Positions 10,294-19,755 of a stretch of 64,000 nucleotides of DNA are shown one piece after another (the stretch's first letter is position 1; every line of letters begins with the position of its first letter). A program made the position numbers and the translations under genes. The notes beneath the pieces are model-generated. The model was not told where the DNA came from. It did no database searches and saw only the letters and a list, made by a program, of their open reading frames with translations. This DNA comes from Candidatus Lustribacter sp. (GTDB lineage Bacteria > Vulcanimicrobiota > Vulcanimicrobiia > Vulcanimicrobiales > Vulcanimicrobiaceae): the NCBI GenBank assembly GCA_965277805.1, contig OZ255842.1, positions 2,784,001 through 2,848,000 on the forward strand, written 5' to 3'.

Positions 10294-10467
10294 GCCTGGG
10301 GCGAGTTCGTCGTGCCCCGCTTTCCGTTTCTCGCCCGGGGCGCGTACTGGCACGGCGCATCCGTTGCAGCGACGTTTACGTTTGTGGCGCTCGGGTGGGT
10401 GCTCTTCGCGTCGCCGTCAATTCCAACCGCGATGATCGTCTTCAGCAACCTCATCCCGCATCGTTAG
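10294..10467 (+). pseudogene. C-terminal remnant of an MBOAT (DltB/AlgI-type) acyltransferase
   Basis: Manual translation AWGEFVVPRFPFLARGAYWHGASVAATFTFVALGWVLFASPSIPTAMIVFSNLIPHR*; TFxFVxLGWVLF is typical of the last MBOAT helix. Confidence 0.65.
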
Positions 10468-10982
10468 GTTTTTTTCTCGCGCTTCGCGCGCTGCAGGTCG
10501 GCGCGGATGTCGTATTCGAGATTGGCCGACTTGATTGCGGCGAGCGGGATCGCGAGTTCGGTTTCGCCCTTGGCGCCGGTGTGCAGGATGACGTCGCTGC
10601 CGCGCACGCCGCGCAACACGCCGCGGTGCGTTTTGGCATTGCCGATCGCGAGCGTGGTGACGATCTTCGCATTGCGTCCGCTGAAGCGGTCGTAGTCGGA
10701 TTCTTTGACCAGCGGCCGGTCGACGCCGGCCGAACTGACCTCGAGCGTGTATTCATCCGGAAACGCATCGAGCGCCACGTTGATACGCGCGGCGATGCGC
10801 TCGCACGTTTCGATGTCGACGCCGCCTTCGCGATCGACCATCACAATCAGGGCCGACGTGCGTCCCGGGCGGATTCCCGATGTGACGATCTCGATCGCAC
10901 GAAAGGCCGGCTCGTGCGGAATGGCGCGAACGATACGCTCGAAGGCTTCGGCGAAGGGTGTTGCGTTCGCGGATTCATGCAT
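10464..10982 (-). CDS. rimP: Ribosome maturation factor RimP
   Basis: VDREGGVDIETCERI and YTLEVSSAGVDRPL motifs. Confidence 0.93.
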   Translation of the reverse strand: MHESANATPFAEAFERIVRAIPHEPAFRAIEIVTSGIRPGRTSALIVMVDREGGVDIETCERIAARINVALDAFPDEYTLEVSSAGVDRPLVKESDYDRFSGRNAKIVTTLAIGNAKTHRGVLRGVRGSDVILHTGAKGETELAIPLAAIKSANLEYDIRADLQRAKREKKT

Positions 10983-10993
10983 GCCGGCGTGTT

Positions 10994-12268
10994 CTACGGA
11001 CGGCGGCGCGGCACCGGGGTCGTGATGCTGCCGGGTTCGACCTTGATCATCCCGGGCGTATCGCACGGGATCTCGACCGTTTCGATGTCGGGCTTCACGT
11101 CGCGCAAGGGACCCGGCAGCGTGAGGGCGCCGGGTTTGGAGACGTCGGGCGCGGAGTCGACCGGGCGCAGGGGGTGCTCGGTGATCTTGTATGCGCGGCA
11201 CACATCCTTACCCAGCAGCCCGTGGACGTGTTCGTAGACGTACTCCACTGAGTCTGCCCGGCTGACCGTGCGGGTGGTGTAAATCAAACCGAAGGTCTTC
11301 GCCAGGATCTCAAGCGGCGGCGCGAGCGCGGCTTCGTAGGCGTCGAGGACGCGGTTGGTGGTGTAGCCCGAGCCGAGGTCGACCTTCTGCATGCCGGCCG
11401 TCGGTTTGGTCGGCAGCGCGGCGCGCAGCCGATCGTTCAAATTGCCCAGTCCCGCGGCGGGCGCCGTCGTGGCCGCTGGCCGGGGCACCGCTGACGGCGT
11501 CGTCAGTGCAACCGGAACGTGGACGGGCGCCGGAATCGGCGTGGCCGGCAGTGCAACGCGCAGCGGTGCGGGCCCGGCGGTGGCGGGCCCCGGTGCAGCG
11601 ACGGCGGCGGGACGCGGCACCGCACGTTCGGCGACGGCCGTCGCTACAGCCGTTGGTACTGCGGTCGGGGCGGCGGTGGCGCGCGTCGTCGGGGCGGCGG
11701 TCGGCGCGACCGTGGGGACCGCGGCCGGTGCTTGTGTCGGGCGTTCCGTCGGCTCGGGCGTGGGCCGCACGGTCGGCTCGGGCGTCGGCCTGATCGTCGG
11801 TTCGGGCGTCGGGCGGACGGTCGGTTCCGGCGTTGGTTCCGGCGTCGGACGGATCGTGGGTTCCGGCGTTGGACGGACGGTGGGTTCCGGCGGAAGCGGC
11901 TCGGGCGCAATGACTGGCGGCGGGCTTGGTGGTTGCGGCGTTGCGTTCGGAACGATGCGCGCGAGTTCGCGCGCCACCGGCGGAACGGTCGGAACGATTT
12001 TCGGTCGCGGACGCGGCGGAACGGGAACCGGTACCACACGCGGACGCACGACCGGCGCGGCGGTGTGGATGACGACCGGCGGCGGCGACGTCACGGGCGG
12101 CGCGGTCTCCGTGTGAATCGTCAGTTGCGTGTCGGCCACGACCGATTCGGGCGCGCCGCCTTCGATGAGCGCGCGCAAGACGAACGCGGCCAACAGCACG
12201 AGCGCGACGGCATGAATGAGGATCGAGCAGAGATACGCCACGGCGAATCGTCGCCGGTCGCCGGGCAT
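10994..12268 (-). CDS. Membrane-anchored Pro/Thr-rich protein with TonB-like anchor and unknown C-terminal domain
   Basis: TM helix with SILIH (SxxxH); long PTPEPT-repeat linker; ~140-aa globular C-terminus. Confidence 0.7.
   Translation of the reverse strand: MPGDRRRFAVAYLCSILIHAVALVLLAAFVLRALIEGGAPESVVADTQLTIHTETAPPVTSPPPVVIHTAAPVVRPRVVPVPVPPRPRPKIVPTVPPVARELARIVPNATPQPPSPPPVIAPEPLPPEPTVRPTPEPTIRPTPEPTPEPTVRPTPEPTIRPTPEPTVRPTPEPTERPTQAPAAVPTVAPTAAPTTRATAAPTAVPTAVATAVAERAVPRPAAVAAPGPATAGPAPLRVALPATPIPAPVHVPVALTTPSAVPRPAATTAPAAGLGNLNDRLRAALPTKPTAGMQKVDLGSGYTTNRVLDAYEAALAPPLEILAKTFGLIYTTRTVSRADSVEYVYEHVHGLLGKDVCRAYKITEHPLRPVDSAPDVSKPGALTLPGPLRDVKPDIETVEIPCDTPGMIKVEPGSITTPVPRRRP
11737..11895 (-). 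repeat. Coding tandem repeat of ~24 nt (PEPT[V/I/E]RPT, about 6 copies)
   Basis: Repeat visible in protein and DNA, with synonymous variation between copies. Confidence 0.85.
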
Positions 12269-12365
12269 GCGACGCACGCCGCAGTCTACCGTCCGGGCAG
12301 GTCGATGGCCTTTCCAAGTATGTGACACAAAATGGCTGCGCGCTTTTGTTCCGAACGCAGGGGCA

Positions 12366-13799
12366 ATGACTAAGCGGACCAAGATCGTGGCCACGATCGG
12401 GCCGGCGTCCCGCGAACCGAACATGCTGCGCGAGCTGTTTCGGGCCGGCGTCAACGTCGCGCGGCTGAACTTCTCGCACGGAACGCACGCGGAGCACGCG
12501 GCCGTCATCGCCGACGTCCGCGCGATCGCAGCCGAACTGGGGATGCACGTCGCGGTGCTGCAAGATCTGCCCGGACCCAAAGTGCGCACCGGTCCGCTGG
12601 CCGACGGTGCACCGTCGGTGCTGCTCGCCAACGGCGCGCCGTTTACGCTCACGACCGATGCCGTCTCCGGCACGGCTGCGCGCGTCAGCGTTTCGTACGC
12701 CGGTTTGGCGGCCGACGTCGAAGCCGGCAAACACATCTATCTCGCCGACGGCGCGATCTCGCTCGTCATCGAATCGGTCGTGGGCAGCGACGTTCACACC
12801 CGGGTCGAAAGCGGCGGCGCGCTGCGGCCGATGCAAGGCATCAACTATCCCGACGGCACGCTCAAACTCGATGCGGTCACCGATCGCGACTTCGAACATC
12901 TCGCCTTCGGCCTCGACGCCGGCGTCGACTGGGTGGGCGTCTCGTTCGTGCGCAGCGCAGCCGACATCGAGCGCGTGCGGGCGTTCATGGACGAGCGCGG
13001 CAAACGCGTTCCGATCATGGCCAAGATCGAAAAGCACGAAGCGCTCGAAGACATCGACAACATCGTGCTGGCTGCCGACGGCATCATGGTGGCGCGCGGC
13101 GACCTCGGCATCGAGGTCCGGCTCGAAGACGTGCCGCTGATCCAGAAAGACCTGATCGCGCGCGCCAATCGCGCCTCGAAGCCGGTGGTCACCGCGACGC
13201 AGATGCTCGAGTCGATGATTTCGAGTTCGCGCCCGACACGCGCCGAAGCCACCGACGTCGCCAACGCGATCCTCGACGGCACCGATGCGGTCATGCTCAG
13301 CGGCGAAACGGCACGCGGCGAATATCCGCTCGAAGCGGTGCGCACGATGGCGACGATCGCTGCCGCGGTCGAGAAGCAGTATCCGCACGGGCGCTTCTTC
13401 CGCCGTCACCAAAGCGACGTGGACATTCGCGCCAGCGACGATATCGCCACAGCGATCGCCGAAGCGGCCGCCAGCAGCGCCGAGCGATTGAACCTAAAGC
13501 TGATCGTGACCGGTACGACCACCGGCAACACCGCGCGTTACATCTCGTCGTTCCGCCCGAAGGCGATGATCATCGGGCTCACGCCGTTACCGGAGATCGC
13601 GCGCCAGATGACGATGGCGTGGGGCGTCGAGTCGGTCCTCGTGCAGAACTATCGCTATTTTGAAACGCTGATCGAGATCGCCGAACAGCGCGTCATCACC
13701 GACGGCCTCGCCCAGCCCGGCGAAACCATCGCCATCACCAGCGGCATGCCCGTCGGCGCCGGCGGCACGAACGTCTTAAAAATTCACCGCCTCCCGTAA
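12366..13799 (+). CDS. pyk: Pyruvate kinase
   Basis: RTKIVATIGPAS, ARLNFSHG, MVARGDLG, ATQMLESM, DAVMLSGETA. Confidence 0.98.
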   Translation: MTKRTKIVATIGPASREPNMLRELFRAGVNVARLNFSHGTHAEHAAVIADVRAIAAELGMHVAVLQDLPGPKVRTGPLADGAPSVLLANGAPFTLTTDAVSGTAARVSVSYAGLAADVEAGKHIYLADGAISLVIESVVGSDVHTRVESGGALRPMQGINYPDGTLKLDAVTDRDFEHLAFGLDAGVDWVGVSFVRSAADIERVRAFMDERGKRVPIMAKIEKHEALEDIDNIVLAADGIMVARGDLGIEVRLEDVPLIQKDLIARANRASKPVVTATQMLESMISSSRPTRAEATDVANAILDGTDAVMLSGETARGEYPLEAVRTMATIAAAVEKQYPHGRFFRRHQSDVDIRASDDIATAIAEAAASSAERLNLKLIVTGTTTGNTARYISSFRPKAMIIGLTPLPEIARQMTMAWGVESVLVQNYRYFETLIEIAEQRVITDGLAQPGETIAITSGMPVGAGGTNVLKIHRLP

Positions 13800-14768
13800 T
13801 TAGTTCGCGATTGACGAAGGTCGAGTGTCGGTCAAAGATACGTCATCAAAGATATGGGTTTTGTGCGCTTCGACGGCGTCGATGAGGACTTTGCCGTAGA
13901 CGGACTGGTCGAGTTTGCGGTAGCCGGCTTGGATCGCTTGTTCGAAGCATTGCAGGTTGGCAGCGTTTTGCGCGACCGGGATGTCGAGCGAGCGCGCGAA
14001 TTGCAGCGAGAGAAATAGGTCTTTCGCCATCCACTCCGTGGCGAAGCCGGCCTGCCAGCCGTTGGTGGCCGGGCTGTTCGGCAGCACGCCCGGCACCGGC
14101 ACGCGCTGCTGGATCGCGACGCAATTGGCGGTCGACACCGCGAACACGTCGGTCGCGAGCTTCGCATCCACGCCGGCTGCGTGCAAGATCGCGTACGCCT
14201 CGGCGAGCGCGATCGTCTGCGCGCCGGCGATCATCTGATTGCAGAGCTTGAGCGTCTGCCCCATGCCCGGGCCGCCGATGTGGAAGATGTTCTTGGCCAT
14301 CGATTCCAGCACCGGACGCACGCGCTCGAGAATCGCCGCCTCACCGCCGATCATCATCGTCAGCGTGCCCGATTTCGCGCCGATCGTGCCGCCGGAGAGC
14401 GGCGCTTCGATCATGTCGACGCCGCGTTCCGCACACAAGGCGATCAGCTGCTGCGAAGCCGACGGATCGATCGTCGACGTATCGACGAACGCCGCGCCGC
14501 GCGCGAAGCCGGCGAGCAAACCATCGGCGCGCGTCAGCACGTCGCGCACTTCATCCTGCGTCGGCAGACAGGTCAGGATCACGTCGGCATTTTGCGCGGC
14601 CTCGCGCGGGGTCGCGGCGCGCACGGCCCCGGCGGCAACCAGCGCGTCGGCCTTCGCAGCGGTACGGTTCCAAACCGTCAGCGGGAAGCCGGCGGCCAAG
14701 ATGTGTTCCGACATCGGCAACCCCATCGCCCCCAAGCCGAGAAACGCGACGCGCGTTTTGTCCGCCAC
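13800..14768 (-). CDS. NAD(P)-dependent beta-hydroxyacid dehydrogenase (MmsB/GarR family)
   Basis: FLGLGAMGLPM, EAPLSGG, GQTLKLCNQ, MAKDL. Confidence 0.9.
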   Translation of the reverse strand: MADKTRVAFLGLGAMGLPMSEHILAAGFPLTVWNRTAAKADALVAAGAVRAATPREAAQNADVILTCLPTQDEVRDVLTRADGLLAGFARGAAFVDTSTIDPSASQQLIALCAERGVDMIEAPLSGGTIGAKSGTLTMMIGGEAAILERVRPVLESMAKNIFHIGGPGMGQTLKLCNQMIAGAQTIALAEAYAILHAAGVDAKLATDVFAVSTANCVAIQQRVPVPGVLPNSPATNGWQAGFATEWMAKDLFLSLQFARSLDIPVAQNAANLQCFEQAIQAGYRKLDQSVYGKVLIDAVEAHKTHIFDDVSLTDTRPSSIAN

Positions 14769-15598
14769 TACTTCGATCCCTTCGCTGCTTGTGTGACGCC
14801 GATCGCCGCATAGCGATCCGCCAATCCTTCGTACATCTTTTCCACGCCGGGCTCAATCTTGCCGAACGATGCGATCTCGCGCATCTCGCCGTCCCAGCGG
14901 TAGGCCTTCGGATACATCCGCGGGATCTGACGCGTGAGCCACGCGTACAGCTCCGGTTGACTCGTGCCGAATTCGTTCTTGAGCGCTTCGCTTACGCCGC
15001 CGTATTCGGCGCACGCGAACATCGCCGAGCCGATGCCCGTGATGCCTTTGGTCAAACCGCCGTAGCACATCTTGAGCGCCGAAGCGATTCCGATGTCGCC
15101 GGCCAGCGGGAGGACGAAGAGCCCGTGAGCGTTCAGCACTTCGAACGCCGCGACGTCGGGGCCGCACGCGTAGATGTGCGGACCGTCGTAGCCGTCGTGC
15201 GGCGGTCCGCCGATGATCCCGGCATCGACGTACCCCATCCCTGCACGCACGATCACCTCGCCGATTGCCGCCGCCGTTTCGGGAGCGATCGCGTTGCAGT
15301 CGACGTAGACGAGCCGCGCCGAGCCGCGCACGAAAGCCGCCGCAAAACCGCGCGCGACCTCGAGCGCCTTGTCCGGCGGAACGATCGACAACACCAGCGG
15401 GCAGGTCCGCGCAACGGCGGCGAGATCTTCGACCGTGCCGATCCCGGCTCGATGGACGCGCTCGGCGCTGGCCGCACTGCGGCCGGCGAGCGTCGTTCGA
15501 ACATCGGCGCCGTGCGCCGCAAGCCATCCGCCGATGCCGCTGCCCATCTCGCCGGCGCCGATGAGCCCGACCCGCGTGTAGCTCGCTTTTGCATCCAT
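14768..15598 (-). CDS. NAD(P)-dependent oxidoreductase with DUF1932-type C-terminus
   Basis: GLIGAGEMG, YVDAGIIGGPP, ASALKMCYGGLTKG, KAYRWDGEMREIA. Confidence 0.85.
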   Translation of the reverse strand: MDAKASYTRVGLIGAGEMGSGIGGWLAAHGADVRTTLAGRSAASAERVHRAGIGTVEDLAAVARTCPLVLSIVPPDKALEVARGFAAAFVRGSARLVYVDCNAIAPETAAAIGEVIVRAGMGYVDAGIIGGPPHDGYDGPHIYACGPDVAAFEVLNAHGLFVLPLAGDIGIASALKMCYGGLTKGITGIGSAMFACAEYGGVSEALKNEFGTSQPELYAWLTRQIPRMYPKAYRWDGEMREIASFGKIEPGVEKMYEGLADRYAAIGVTQAAKGSK

Positions 15599-15655
15599 GT
15601 CCGCCTACTTTGGGACTTCTATCCCTCCCTCATGCCGGCGCGCCGGGAGGCCGCG

Positions 15656-16330
15656 TTAGCGATCGTTGACGGTGGCGAACATCGGCGTATCGACGACGAC
15701 GTTGGTGTAGGTCGCGGTGAGCTCGGCGCGCATGTGCGGGATGTCGAACGTCGCGTGCTGCGCGGTAACGACATCGTTCGGACCGATCGGCGCATAGGTC
15801 TGCGTCAGCACGATCGTTCCGCCGTCGCGGCGCTTCCACGTCGCTTGGAGCATGCGTCCGTTCTTGTTGTCGGTTTGGATGTCCAAGTAGGTTACCATAC
15901 CGCCGGGCTTCTTCGGCGTCAGCCGCAGCACGGGCGCGTCTGAGGTACTCAGCGGCGACATCGTGATGTCGTAGCGCGCGGTCCACGTTTCCGGATCGCC
16001 CAAATCGTAATGCAGGTCGTTGAACTTCGCCGCGATGTGTGGCAAGTTCTGAAGCTGATAATGGTAGAGCCCCGGTTTGCGGTAGGTGCTCGTGCCGTGA
16101 ACGGTGAGCCCGATGAACGGAAACGAATGCAGCTTTACGTGCAGCTCGAGATCCGCCGAGTACCCTTCGGGCGTACGCGGATCGGCGGACAGGCGCGCCA
16201 GCACGATGGCCGGTGCGGCGGCGGCCGCTCCCAGCGGGCCGATCTCGTCGGCGCGAACGGCGCTCCCATAGAACAGCAGGCCGGCGAGAAGCACGGCAAT
16301 TCGGCGATAGCGAAACGGCTGACGCCCCAT
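15656..16330 (-). CDS. Secreted hypothetical protein, possibly LolA-like beta-rich fold
   Basis: Signal peptide ending AVRA; beta-strand pattern; VLRLTPK motif. Confidence 0.6.
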   Translation of the reverse strand: MGRQPFRYRRIAVLLAGLLFYGSAVRADEIGPLGAAAAAPAIVLARLSADPRTPEGYSADLELHVKLHSFPFIGLTVHGTSTYRKPGLYHYQLQNLPHIAAKFNDLHYDLGDPETWTARYDITMSPLSTSDAPVLRLTPKKPGGMVTYLDIQTDNKNGRMLQATWKRRDGGTIVLTQTYAPIGPNDVVTAQHATFDIPHMRAELTATYTNVVVDTPMFATVNDR

Positions 16331-16408
16331 GGCGCGATAGTACGTCAGGCCGCCATCCGATTCAAGCGTTCGCAATCATTTTCTCATCCGGCCGCCCGGG
16401 CAAGCGGC

Positions 16409-18085
16409 CTAGCGACCGCCGCGAGTTGAGGCCACCAGCGTCGCCGCGTGTTCGAGCGAAATGCGCTTCGTATCGCCGGAGAGCATGCGCGCGATCTCGG
16501 CCAGGCGGTCGTCATCCGCCTGAAGCGGCACGACCTCAATCGTCGTTTCGCCGCCGTCGTCGTACTTGCGCAAAACGTAGTGCGTGTCGGCCCACGATGC
16601 GATCTGCGCGAGATGCGTCACGCACACGACCTGCGCGACACCCGCGAGCCGTTGCAAGCGGGCACCGACCGCAACCGCCGTTGCGCCGCCGATCCCCGCG
16701 TCGATCTCGTCGAAGACGAACGTGCGCGCATCGTGACGATCGGCGAGCACGACGACGAGCGCGAGCAACACGCGCGAGCGCTCGCCGCCCGATGCGATGC
16801 GCGCAAGCGCGCGTTCCGGTTCGCCCGGATTGGCGGAAAAGCGAAATTCGATCCGCTCGCCGCCGTGAGCGGCAATCTCATCGAGTGGTTCGAGCGCGAC
16901 GGCGAAGCGCGCGGCCGGCATCGCCAGCGCGTGCAGTTCGTCCGCCACGCGCTCTTCGCAGAGCGGAATCGCGGCGGAACGCTCTGCGCGCAGCGCCGCG
17001 GCGTCGCGCGCGATCGCCGCATCGAGCGCCGTCAGTTCGCGCTCGAGCGCGGCCAGACGTTCGTCGCGGCCGACGTCTTGCTCGAGCGTCGCGGCGAAGC
17101 GGTCGCGTGCGGCGAGGACCGCCTCGATCGACGCCCCGTACTTCTTCTTCAGCGTTTCGATCGCGTCGAGTCGCTCGCTCACCGCTTCGAGTTCGCCCGG
17201 ATCGAGTTCCACGTCGTCGAGCGCGCGCGCGATTTCCGCCGCGAGCACGTTCGCGTCGGCCTGGAGCGCACCCGCGCTCTCGGCCAGCGTGGCAAAGGCC
17301 GCGCCGAAGCGCGCGATCGACGTCAACCCGTGGGTGGCATCGCCGAGCGCGTCGACCGCACCGCGTTCGTCTTCGAGTGCGGCGCGCGCACGCGTGAGCG
17401 CATCCGCGATGCGTTCGGCGTTGCCGAGAACGTCGCGGCGCTCGCGCAAGCGATCGTCTTCGCCCGCTTCGAGCGTCGCCGCTTCGATCTCGGCCAGCGC
17501 AAAGCGCGCGAACTCGCGCTCCGCGAGTGCCCGGTCACCGCCCTGCGCCAGCGCATCGCGCTCTTCGCGCAGCGCCCGCCGCGTCTCGTAACTCTCGCGC
17601 AAGGCCTCGCGCAGCGCGAGCGCGCGTTCGCCGGCGAAACGATCGAGCAAATCGCGCGCAAAGGCCGGCTCGAGCAGCCGGTGCGCTTCGCCTTGCCCGA
17701 CCGTATCGACAACGTGAGCACCGAGCGCGCGCAGTTGGCTCGCGCTCACCGCGATGCCGTTGATGCGCGCTTGCGAGCGGCCCGCCGCGGTCACCTCGCG
17801 CACGATCACGACGTCGTCGCCGGCTTCGAGGTCGATACCCATGCTCGTTAGCAGCGCGCGCAGGCCATCGTCGGCCGCGATCTCGAGCGCGACGCGCAGC
17901 CGCTCGCCGTGCACCAGCTCGCGTTCGACGCGGGCGCCGAGGGCCGCGTCCAACGCCCCCAGCAGCATCGTCTTGCCCGTCCCCGTCTCCCCGGTGAAGG
18001 CCGTGAAGGTGTCGCCGAACTCGACCTGCGCGTGTGCGATCAAGCCGACACCATCGATCGTCAAGCGCAGCAGCGTGGACTTCAT
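16409..18085 (-). CDS. recN: DNA repair protein RecN
   Basis: FTGETGTGKT, IASGGERSR, FVFDEIDAG, VTHLAQIAS. Confidence 0.96.
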   Translation of the reverse strand: MKSTLLRLTIDGVGLIAHAQVEFGDTFTAFTGETGTGKTMLLGALDAALGARVERELVHGERLRVALEIAADDGLRALLTSMGIDLEAGDDVVIVREVTAAGRSQARINGIAVSASQLRALGAHVVDTVGQGEAHRLLEPAFARDLLDRFAGERALALREALRESYETRRALREERDALAQGGDRALAEREFARFALAEIEAATLEAGEDDRLRERRDVLGNAERIADALTRARAALEDERGAVDALGDATHGLTSIARFGAAFATLAESAGALQADANVLAAEIARALDDVELDPGELEAVSERLDAIETLKKKYGASIEAVLAARDRFAATLEQDVGRDERLAALERELTALDAAIARDAAALRAERSAAIPLCEERVADELHALAMPAARFAVALEPLDEIAAHGGERIEFRFSANPGEPERALARIASGGERSRVLLALVVVLADRHDARTFVFDEIDAGIGGATAVAVGARLQRLAGVAQVVCVTHLAQIASWADTHYVLRKYDDGGETTIEVVPLQADDDRLAEIARMLSGDTKRISLEHAATLVASTRGGR

Positions 18086-18924
18086 CCGCGTTTGATCGGG
18101 ACGCCCCATTGCAGTTTGTCTTCGAGACGGGCGAAGAACGCCTGATCGGCGACGCGCGCGAATTTCACCGCGTGCGGTGCGCGCACCACGGTTACGAGAT
18201 CGCCGGAAGAGAGGTCGCTGACGACCGTGCCGTCGGTCTCGAGGTTCGCGTGCACGATTTCGGAATCGCACGTGATCTGGATCGTCGAGGACGTCGGCAC
18301 GATGATCGGGCGTGCGAAGAGCGTGTGCGGCAAGAGCGCGGCGACGCCGAACGCATCGACGGCCGGCGCGATGATTGGGCCGCCGGCGGAGAGGAAGTAC
18401 GCCGTCGAGCCGGTCGGCGTCGCGACGACGATGCCGTCGGCGGAGATGTGCGTCGTTCGTTCGCCGTCGAGCGACAGACCGAACGGCGCCATGCGCGCTT
18501 CCGCGCCGCGCCGCACCACGACGTCGTTGAGCGCGAAGTGCGGCGGCCCACCGTTGACCGACGCTTGCAGCCCGAGCCGCTCCTCAACCACGAAGTCGCC
18601 GTGCAACACGCGGCGCACGCGCGCCATTCCCTCGGCAGTCGTCTCGATCTCCGTCAGAAAACCCAAACGCCCCGTGTTGACCCCGAGCAGCGGCACGTCG
18701 AGCGGCACCGCGATGCGCACGCCGCGCAACAGGGTGCCGTCGCCGCCGATCGTGATGACCAGTTCGGCCGCATCCAGCAGCGCGCCGCGCGCGGCGGCAA
18801 GACCGGGCGCGTCGTCACCGATCGCGACCGCGACCCCGGCATCTTTCGCCATCCGGATGATCTGGTTCGCGCATTCGAGGGCCTTCGGCCGGTCGGCGCT
18901 GACCAGGATCGCAATGGTCTTCAC
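18082..18924 (-). CDS. nadK: NAD(+) kinase
   Basis: GGDGTLL, GRLGFL, ATPTGSTAY.LSAGGPI. Confidence 0.96.
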   Translation of the reverse strand: MKTIAILVSADRPKALECANQIIRMAKDAGVAVAIGDDAPGLAAARGALLDAAELVITIGGDGTLLRGVRIAVPLDVPLLGVNTGRLGFLTEIETTAEGMARVRRVLHGDFVVEERLGLQASVNGGPPHFALNDVVVRRGAEARMAPFGLSLDGERTTHISADGIVVATPTGSTAYFLSAGGPIIAPAVDAFGVAALLPHTLFARPIIVPTSSTIQITCDSEIVHANLETDGTVVSDLSSGDLVTVVRAPHAVKFARVADQAFFARLEDKLQWGVPIKRG

Positions 18925-19733
18925 GCTGCGTTCGCTTCGGTAACTACGGTGTCGATCCGCTCGTCATCGATCGCAGCACCCTCGCGCGCGATCCGGTAGA
19001 AGAACTCGACGTTCCCGGCGGGGCCGCGCAGCGGTGAGGCGCAGGCCTCGATCGCGTGCACGCCGAGCGCTTCGAGCGCGTCGCGCACCTCACGCAAGAT
19101 CGCCGCGTGCACCGCCGGATCGCGCACGACGCCGTTGCTGCCGAGCCGGTCGCGGCCCGCTTCGAACTGCGGCTTGACGAGCGCGATCATCGTGCCGTGC
19201 GGACGCAGATACGCAATCGCACGCGCCACGATCGTGCGCAGCGAGATGAACGACGCGTCGACGACGATCAAGTCGAAACCGCCGGGAAACGCATCATCGG
19301 CCAGTAAACGGAAATTCGTCCGCTCGACCACGGTGACGCGCGGATCCTGACGCAGCTTCCACGCCAGTTGGCCGTAACCGACATCCAGCGCGACGATCGA
19401 ACGCGCACCATGCGTCAGCAGCGCATCGGTGAAGCCGCCCGTCGATGCGCCGACGTCGAGCACGTCAAGGCCGGCCGGATCGAAAGCGAACGCGGCCAGA
19501 GCCCCCTCGAGTTTTTCTCCGCCGCGGCTCACGTAGCGCGCCGGGATGTCGACGATTACTTCAGCTCCGGCTCGCACGTTCTGCCCCGGCTTGGTGCGCG
19601 GCTCACCGTCCACGCGCACGCGCCCAGCCAGAATCATGCCGCGCGCTTGCGAGCGCGTCAGCTCAGCTTGCGCCGCAACGACCTCGTCGAGCCGCCGGCT
19701 AGAACCACTCGAGGCATGCTTTGTGGCAGCCAC
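18921..19733 (-). CDS. tlyA: TlyA family rRNA methyltransferase
   Basis: S4 domain; YVSRGGEKL, DVGASTGGFT, LVKPQFEAG, GPAGNVEF. Confidence 0.96.
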   Translation of the reverse strand: MAATKHASSGSSRRLDEVVAAQAELTRSQARGMILAGRVRVDGEPRTKPGQNVRAGAEVIVDIPARYVSRGGEKLEGALAAFAFDPAGLDVLDVGASTGGFTDALLTHGARSIVALDVGYGQLAWKLRQDPRVTVVERTNFRLLADDAFPGGFDLIVVDASFISLRTIVARAIAYLRPHGTMIALVKPQFEAGRDRLGSNGVVRDPAVHAAILREVRDALEALGVHAIEACASPLRGPAGNVEFFYRIAREGAAIDDERIDTVVTEANAA

Positions 19734-19755
19734 TAACGCTCGAGGGTAGCGCGCA

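Noticed and set aside
4690-10470. Island as an integrative mobile element
   Set aside because: No integrase, transposase, tRNA or flanking direct repeats seen, and no obvious compositional shift by eye.
9408-11237. 609-aa ORF as a single real protein
   Set aside because: After ~10293 it reads through an out-of-frame MBOAT remnant and antisense to rimP; it is a by-product of the deletion.
11737-11895. Possible CRISPR array
   Set aside because: No unique spacers; repeats are in-frame Pro/Thr codons with wobble variation; no cas genes nearby.
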